Below are positions 26,349-32,000 of a DNA stretch of 32,000 nucleotides, piece after piece. The notes beneath the pieces are model-generated. The model was not told the origin of the DNA and did no database searches. It saw only the letters and a list, made by a program, of their open reading frames with translations. The stretch is from Thermoproteus tenax Kra 1 (lineage in GTDB: Archaea > Thermoproteota > Thermoprotei > Thermoproteales > Thermoproteaceae), in NCBI RefSeq assembly GCF_000253055.1, contig NC_016070.1, positions 810,001-842,000 of the forward strand, given 5' to 3'. The position numbers and the translations under genes were made by a program. How positions within the stretch are numbered: position 1 is the first letter of the stretch; each line of letters begins with the position of its first letter.

Positions 26349-26687
26349 ATGAGGGGCCAAGGTGAACTTGTGACAATCGCCGCGATGCTTGCGGTTGGAG
26401 CGATGGCAATCCTCATAATTCAATCGGTAGCTCATGCGACCTCGTGGGAGCTCTGCAAGGCGGCGGCTCTAGCCCTTCAATACAACGGCTCGGCGTTCAG
26501 AGTGGAGTCTCTGGCATCGGCCCGGTGCTCTCCCTCAGGTTGCCAACTGAGTTGCGGGCTGTTCGTGCCTGCAGATAGAGTATTATATGTAGAGGGACGT
26601 CCGGCGCTGGGAGGCCTCCCTGGCGTCGTCATCGTGGGGTCAACACCCGACGGAAAACTGTATATAATTCCAGTTGTAGAAGGCTAA
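26349..26687 (+). CDS. pilin-like protein with a class-III-type N-terminus
   Basis: MRG|QGELVTIAAMLAVGAMAILII. Confidence 0.55.
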   Translation: MRGQGELVTIAAMLAVGAMAILIIQSVAHATSWELCKAAALALQYNGSAFRVESLASARCSPSGCQLSCGLFVPADRVLYVEGRPALGGLPGVVIVGSTPDGKLYIIPVVEG

Positions 26688-26734
26688 AGCGCTAACTCTA
26701 TAGGGCCACGAGCACGCACATATTTTTATTTTTC

Positions 26735-27154
26735 ATGAAGGGCCAACTCTCCGCTCCTGTGGCGGCCGCGATATTCGCTCTGGGGACCTCCATCTTAATA
26801 CTGGCGGCCATACTTAAGGTGGAGTCTGTGGCCTTGAGCCGGCACCTCGCCCCTCTGCCGCCAGCGGCCGAGGCAGGCGTCCGCTGGATCCACGTGCTGA
26901 ACTGCTCTGGCACTCTGATAGCTGTGGACGCAGGGACCTCCAACGCAAGTCAGGCGGAGGAGCTGGTGGGTTTGAGCTGTCGAGACCTAGCCTCATTCGA
27001 GCTGTGGCCCGGCGGTTACTCGTGCAACGGGACTGCAAGAATAGGGCCGGACCCCTTCACAGGCCTCTGGTGTCCTCCGCTCAAGATGCCTGACGGCAAG
27101 TGCTCCTCGGGGGTCCTTGTCTCAGAGGGGAGGTTTCTCTTGGTTCAGTGTTGA
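26735..27154 (+). CDS. pilin-like protein with a class-III-type N-terminus
   Basis: MKG|QLSAPVAAAIFALGTSILILAAIL. Several Cys residues and sequons (NCS, NAS, NGT). Confidence 0.6.
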   Translation: MKGQLSAPVAAAIFALGTSILILAAILKVESVALSRHLAPLPPAAEAGVRWIHVLNCSGTLIAVDAGTSNASQAEELVGLSCRDLASFELWPGGYSCNGTARIGPDPFTGLWCPPLKMPDGKCSSGVLVSEGRFLLVQC

Positions 27155-27155
27155 T

Positions 27156-28409
27156 ATGGACTTCGAGCTGCTGACTGCGGCTACCGCCGTGGTTGTCGGA
27201 GCGCTTCTTGCGGCCGCCTTCCTTATCCGTCCGTTGCCGCCTCCGGCGGCCTCCCTCTGCTCCGACTGCGAGTTCTCTATCAAGGGGCCTGTCTCATTCG
27301 CTGCGTACAACGGCTCCAGCTATCTGTTGGCGGGAGGAGGGCCGCTTCCACTCGCCCAGTACGCCTGGGCCTACTATGTTCACGGAGGCGTCGCGACGCC
27401 GTTGAGCCCGGGGCAGATGGTCGTCTGTCCCGACTACGCTTTTGTGAAAGTGGTAGACGGCGTGGCCTTCTTCTCCTGCAACGGCACAGCGGGGGCGAAT
27501 GTAGTCCAGAACGTATGGGCGCCGGCCGCAACGGCGCCGAGCCTCACCTCGACTTGTTCAACTACTGAGTGGAAAGAGAGTATATACAAAAGCGCAGTGC
27601 CGAAATCAGAGAGCACAAAGATCTGTATACCGCTGTTTGGCGGCGGTACACGGTGTTACTATCCTAGCGACACCGTATATGTCGGCATAGCCTCCGCGTA
27701 TAACAACTACAGCTATGCGCTGGCCCCATTTCCGTGGGTGAACGTCACTTACGTCGCTCCTTGGTACGACAACGGGACATATAAGGTCAGGACTATCGTA
27801 GTAAACCAGAGCATCGCCGTTGTAGTTAAAGTCGGCTACTACGTGGCCAACAGACTGAGGAATCCATATCGGTCAGCCGGCGCAGATGTGTATATGTCGG
27901 TCTTTACGCCGAGCCGGAGCAAGTTGACCTCCATGTGTTACTGGTATCTAGGCATGACCCCTCTAGGATGCGGCGACTGGTTGCCGGCTGGTGCGCTCCC
28001 ACAGCCGGCTATAGACCTCATAGAGAATTCCGTAGTCTCAAATGGAGGTGGATGGTGGTTTTACGACCTCTACGAATACGCGGTGTACGGCGGCATTAGT
28101 GGAACGAACAAGCTACTTCAAGCAACTCAAGTGTCCCACTCTACGTCGTGGTCCCTTCCCTCAGGTACTGCCACGTTGGCGTATAACGCGACTACGGACG
28201 TAATATCCGCGGCGTTCCCCAGATATGCTGTAACGTACGTGGGGTCACAGTACGGCATATCGCCGCCCTCCAATGGCACATATTACGCCGTGGTGGGGGT
28301 ATCTAGCAGCGGCGTGCCCGCGTCAATCTCGTACTACAACGTGACAGTAATAGGGCGAAGTACAATATGTGTGGAGGCCGTCCCAGACTCGCTCATACCG
28401 GTGCCATGA
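27156..28409 (+). CDS. large N-terminally anchored, Cys- and sequon-rich extracellular protein (417 aa)
   Basis: Uses the ATG at 27156, 1 nt after the upstream stop. The track's TTG start at 27117 would overlap the upstream gene by 38 nt. MDFELLTAATAVVVGALLAAAFL, about nine N-x-S/T sequons by eye, and many Cys/Tyr/Trp residues. Confidence 0.6.
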   Translation: MDFELLTAATAVVVGALLAAAFLIRPLPPPAASLCSDCEFSIKGPVSFAAYNGSSYLLAGGGPLPLAQYAWAYYVHGGVATPLSPGQMVVCPDYAFVKVVDGVAFFSCNGTAGANVVQNVWAPAATAPSLTSTCSTTEWKESIYKSAVPKSESTKICIPLFGGGTRCYYPSDTVYVGIASAYNNYSYALAPFPWVNVTYVAPWYDNGTYKVRTIVVNQSIAVVVKVGYYVANRLRNPYRSAGADVYMSVFTPSRSKLTSMCYWYLGMTPLGCGDWLPAGALPQPAIDLIENSVVSNGGGWWFYDLYEYAVYGGISGTNKLLQATQVSHSTSWSLPSGTATLAYNATTDVISAAFPRYAVTYVGSQYGISPPSNGTYYAVVGVSSSGVPASISYYNVTVIGRSTICVEAVPDSLIPVP

Positions 28410-28978
28410 AGGGCCAGTGGTCGATCGCGTTCGCGTTGGTCGCTTTGGCGATAGTTGCCTGGACTATAACGGCGGTCTACCTCGCGTCCCCCAAGTACAT
28501 GCCGCTTGATACATCGGAGGAGCTCTATCTGCTTAAGCTCAGCGCCGTTCACGCCATTCAGCAGATCTATTGTACAACGTACAGTGCGTCAGGCCTATCG
28601 GTCTACTGCGACGGCCGCCCGTTTTTCTTTGGGCCCAACGAGTCTGTCATCATCTTCTACGACGGGAGGCCCGTGGCGGCGCGGCTCTCGGCGGCAAACG
28701 GCGCCGTCAACTACACGCTCTTTGTTGCGCTTCAAGCATCTGTCCCGGCCGTTAGCCAGACCGGCCAAGGCGTAAGAGCTGCCTACTTTTCAGTATACTC
28801 GACCCTCGACTTCCTGCCAGAGCTACAGGTGAACGCCACTCACGTCGAGTACGTCTATCTTCGGCCGAACGGCTGGTACTACCAACCCAGCCTGACCTAT
28901 CTGTTGGTTGTTGAGAATGGAACTGGCGTCCGCATCGTCGACTACCCCGTCGTGTTGAACTTGAGCATAGTGGGATAA
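28406..28978 (+). CDS. pilin-like protein with a class-III-type N-terminus
   Basis: Uses the inner ATG 28406 of track ORF 28367..28978, giving an ATGA overlap with the upstream stop. MKG|QWSIAFALVALAIVAWTI. Sequons NES, NYT, NAT, NGT, NLS. Confidence 0.6.
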   Translation: MKGQWSIAFALVALAIVAWTITAVYLASPKYMPLDTSEELYLLKLSAVHAIQQIYCTTYSASGLSVYCDGRPFFFGPNESVIIFYDGRPVAARLSAANGAVNYTLFVALQASVPAVSQTGQGVRAAYFSVYSTLDFLPELQVNATHVEYVYLRPNGWYYQPSLTYLLVVENGTGVRIVDYPVVLNLSIVG

Positions 28979-28985
28979 TTTTTTC

Positions 28986-31900
28986 ATGAGAAGGAACCCC
29001 CTGATCGTTGCAACTTTGTTCACAGCGGCGCTGATAGCTGCAGTACTGGCTGCTACATTCGTCAGAGCGTTCCAGTCAACCGCTACTTCCTCTAGCTCTA
29101 CCAGGTGCGTCTGGAACGTCATTTACACAACCTCGAACACGCCGGTGGTCTCGATTGCAGTGCCCGTACACGTCAGCTTGACGTTCTTGGGGATACCAAA
29201 GAGTGGCTCCTACCTGGTGGCAGACACTAACCCCATCACTGTTGGCGCAAGCCCAATGCCCACCGACGGCAAATACTTGATCAATATAACGTGGACGTTC
29301 TATACATATACTTACAACTACACTGTATATCGGAACAACTGCACTCTGCAGACGAACGCGGTGTTGGCCATAACGTCCGCCGGAGTCTCGTCGAACGGTT
29401 CGTACTCTACGGGCTGGCAACCGGTGCCGGGCACCACCGCCTCGCTCTCGTACACAATAGTGGGCTACGGAAGCCCATCGATAAGCCAGCTACAGAGCGA
29501 GGGGGCCTTTCCATACGGCATCAACCAGACCGTGGGCGCCCCTCCGACGGACCAGATCGTTGTAGCTACGGCCGAGAAAAACACAGAGCTCAGCGGCTTC
29601 AGACCTGGATCGCGGAACGCGGGGAAGATGGGCGTGAGCGTCACAGTGCCGGACGTCCAGCTAGTAGTGGGCGACGGCGCCCAGGGGCTCGCAGAGAACC
29701 CCTTCGGGACCCAGTACAGCGCGCCTGGGGGTACGCCGTATTGGAGCTACAGCGGCGCGGACGGCAGACTCGTTGCCCAGTACAACTTGCGGAATCAATT
29801 CCCCTCCAGTATATCGCTGGACGTCTGGTACATCCCGCCGGAGTGGAGCTACACCAAGCTGGAGTCGAGCACCGCGCCGGACTATTCGGCGGAAGCATTT
29901 ACACAATCGCCCGGCGGCTCTTGTGATATGGACGTCTATGGTCTCGCTACTTATGGTCTAATTGTATACAGCTGCTACGCGATGATTGGGATAGGCAAGA
30001 ATGCTAGTGCGACCGTCGAGATTCCTGTAAACTATACTTTTCTCGACACTCTTCTCAATAATGCAACGCTCTTCAACGACTACGTGATCAACACGTTCTT
30101 CTCGACAGTAGTGGGCAAAATTGCTCAAAGTGTTGCAAAATACTTTGCAAATTCAGGTATAAACAACCCGCCGTATAGGGTTATAGGAGGTCCGTTCTCA
30201 GCAGGCAACCTTCATGGTTTTAGTTATAACCAGTTCGGCGAAATTAGCGGATTTCTCTTTGACTATTCGTACTACTATATATCCAGCTCTTTTAATTATT
30301 GGGGACTTCCATTTACAAATATATGGGCCTTTATCCCCTATGGCGCGCTAGTCCGCGGCGACATCATCACAGTGCAGTACCCCGTGGGGGGCATCGTCGA
30401 CATGATGTCTGGAGCTGACAAGGCTGGGTCACTGGTGTCCATCGGAGCCTGCGGCTTCGAGGTGCCCACCGGCTACGCGAGCGGGCTGAACTATTCGGCG
30501 TGGAACGGGACGAGTCTAGAGCTGGGCGGCAACAAGACCGGCGAGGAGCTAGTGCTGTACCCGATGGCCCAGTTTGCCCCCCAGTACGGCCCCAACTGGT
30601 TCGGCGATCTTGCCCTCTATTCGTGGCTCTATCCTCAGGCCGATTCGCCCAAAGAATCGGCGTCAGGACAGTTTGTCTCAGTCTTAAACACGACGTGGAC
30701 CGCTCAGTTCATAATCGGCAAGACGGGCGAAGCGCCGATAATAACGTCGCAGTCTGTAGGGAAAGTGGCCTCCTGGAACCAAGCTGATGCAATACCGCAC
30801 ACCGAGTATGCCGACATACTCTACCACTACGCCCCAACGTGCGTCCCGCCGCAGGCGAACAACGGAGGCGGCGGAGGCAGCGGCATAGTGGTGGGCCCGC
30901 CTCCTACACCGCCGCCCCCGCCCGGAGGCACGCCCACTAAAGACGGCATAATTCTATGGGAGTTGGTCCCCCTCGTGGCCTGCAAATCGCTCTTCTGCGA
31001 GCCGGCCAACGCCTGGTGGAATGGGCACTACACCGGCGTCTACGCCCTCCCGAACATAGCGTACGGCATCGCCGTAGAGTGGACGGGCAGCTCTCCGACA
31101 AACGTCACTATATACGTCGACTCGCCCTTGGCCAGGTTCATCAACGGCTCTTGGATCCACGGGAGCCCGCTGACGATGAAGGTGTTCGGGAGGGCGGTAG
31201 AGGCGTTCAATCTGACTCTGGGCACGTTCGAGCTCGACCCCGGCGTCTGGTACCTCGTGTTGCCCGGCCGCGCGGTCCCGCTCGGGAACGGGCCGGATCC
31301 GCCGCAGACCTCGGGCTGGTCGGCCGTGCCGCCCGCGTGGTTCATTTCGCCGCGCTGGAGCTCCAACGGGACGCGGGATGTGCACTTCCTGTGGTTCAAA
31401 GTGGGGGGCGCTCTGTATGGGGACACCTACACGGTCGTTGTGCCGGACGTGCTCTACAGAGTCGACAACAACTTCACAAAGATCGCAACGCCCGAGAGCG
31501 AGGTCAGACTGCTCCTCTATCTGCCTACCGGGGGATGGGCCACCTATCCGCCCAACTACGTCGGCTATACGCCCAACGACACGCGGCTCGGCCTATTGCC
31601 CTTCAGGTCCTACACCGGCGGGTACGAGTACTGGACCGGCTTTGAATACGACGACACGACCGCCTTCGCGGGCTCGTTGGCTGCGGCGGGGAGGCTGTTC
31701 AATCTGACCCTCGGGGGCCAACCGGTGCTCAACGCCACAGTGGAGCAGATAGACGTGAGGGCCGCCGTCGAGGTGGGGCCCTCGGGCGTCTCAGTGGAGT
31801 CGAGCGACCCAGCCGACACCATCGGATACTACATCTACCTCCGCCGCAACGGGACGTGGGTTATGCGGGCCTTCTGCCCCGGCTCACAGATCCAGCTTCC

Positions 31901-32000
31901 GCCGAACCTCACCATATGGCCGTGGGACCCCGCGCTGGTGGTGCCGGCAGTATATCACGTCGGGAGGATCCGCGAGAACGGCACCATACTCTATCCAGTG
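28986..32000 (+). CDS. giant secreted/surface protein (>1005 aa), truncated by the right window edge
   Basis: Absent from the ORF track because it has no stop in the window. I translated frame 28986 codon by codon to 32000 and found no stop. N-terminus MRRNPLIVATLFTAALIAAVLAATFVRA is signal- or anchor-like. About two dozen N-x-S/T sequons by eye. A Gly/Pro hinge NNGGGGGSGIVVGPPPTPPPPPGGTPT spans 30858-30938. All other listed ORFs in this span are in other frames or antisense. Confidence 0.75.
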   Translation, partial: MRRNPLIVATLFTAALIAAVLAATFVRAFQSTATSSSSTRCVWNVIYTTSNTPVVSIAVPVHVSLTFLGIPKSGSYLVADTNPITVGASPMPTDGKYLINITWTFYTYTYNYTVYRNNCTLQTNAVLAITSAGVSSNGSYSTGWQPVPGTTASLSYTIVGYGSPSISQLQSEGAFPYGINQTVGAPPTDQIVVATAEKNTELSGFRPGSRNAGKMGVSVTVPDVQLVVGDGAQGLAENPFGTQYSAPGGTPYWSYSGADGRLVAQYNLRNQFPSSISLDVWYIPPEWSYTKLESSTAPDYSAEAFTQSPGGSCDMDVYGLATYGLIVYSCYAMIGIGKNASATVEIPVNYTFLDTLLNNATLFNDYVINTFFSTVVGKIAQSVAKYFANSGINNPPYRVIGGPFSAGNLHGFSYNQFGEISGFLFDYSYYYISSSFNYWGLPFTNIWAFIPYGALVRGDIITVQYPVGGIVDMMSGADKAGSLVSIGACGFEVPTGYASGLNYSAWNGTSLELGGNKTGEELVLYPMAQFAPQYGPNWFGDLALYSWLYPQADSPKESASGQFVSVLNTTWTAQFIIGKTGEAPIITSQSVGKVASWNQADAIPHTEYADILYHYAPTCVPPQANNGGGGGSGIVVGPPPTPPPPPGGTPTKDGIILWELVPLVACKSLFCEPANAWWNGHYTGVYALPNIAYGIAVEWTGSSPTNVTIYVDSPLARFINGSWIHGSPLTMKVFGRAVEAFNLTLGTFELDPGVWYLVLPGRAVPLGNGPDPPQTSGWSAVPPAWFISPRWSSNGTRDVHFLWFKVGGALYGDTYTVVVPDVLYRVDNNFTKIATPESEVRLLLYLPTGGWATYPPNYVGYTPNDTRLGLLPFRSYTGGYEYWTGFEYDDTTAFAGSLAAAGRLFNLTLGGQPVLNATVEQIDVRAAVEVGPSGVSVESSDPADTIGYYIYLRRNGTWVMRAFCPGSQIQLPPNLTIWPWDPALVVPAVYHVGRIRENGTILYPV

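Noticed and set aside
29076-31822. Many track ORFs inside 29.0-31.8 kb (for example 29291..29926, 30500..30787, 30956..31645, 30954..31385 and 31040..31426)
   Set aside because: All are out of frame with or antisense to the uninterrupted 1005-codon frame starting at 28986. They are Arg/Pro/Gly-rich, as expected from alternative frames of GC-rich coding DNA.

Overview
The window looks like chromosomal DNA from a hyperthermophilic crenarchaeon of the Thermoproteales type (Pyrobaculum/Thermoproteus-like). Three things suggest this: a tRNA with an intron at a non-canonical position, TATA-like boxes about 25-30 nt upstream of start codons (leaderless style), and an L15e-DUF54-Rpp30-Pop5 gene string. 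I cannot confirm the taxonomy without a database search.

Positions 1-19.2 kb are mostly housekeeping genes: a TtuA/NcsA-like PP-loop enzyme cut by the left edge, thyX, ribosomal proteins L15e and L24, RNase P protein subunits, a RimK-type ATP-grasp ligase, sufCB, a class-III aminotransferase, tRNA-Ile(GAU), a beta-CASP RNase, aspS, a universal stress protein, a Nudix hydrolase and pcm. Among them are three very AT-rich islands, two ORF-free intergenic regions of about 420 nt that may encode structured RNAs, and a perfect 44-nt direct repeat bracketing a 1.1-kb single-gene cassette.

The most interesting part is 20.7-32.0 kb and beyond. It is a densely packed, same-strand cluster, translationally coupled upstream through ATGA overlaps and separated further downstream mainly by short T-tract gaps, and it looks like a type IV filament (pilus-like) system. 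It encodes a ParA/MinD-like NTPase, a FlaI/TadA/VirB11-family ATPase, two small soluble proteins of unknown function, a polytopic platform-like membrane protein, at least five small proteins with class-III (prepilin-like) K/R-G-Q N-termini, a 417-aa Cys- and sequon-rich protein, and a surface protein of more than 1005 aa that runs off the right edge. That last ORF is missing from the ORF track and contains a markedly low-GC mosaic segment. No prepilin peptidase, archaellin genes or CRISPR array are visible in the window.

All functional calls rest on motifs I can read in the translations. None was checked against a database.
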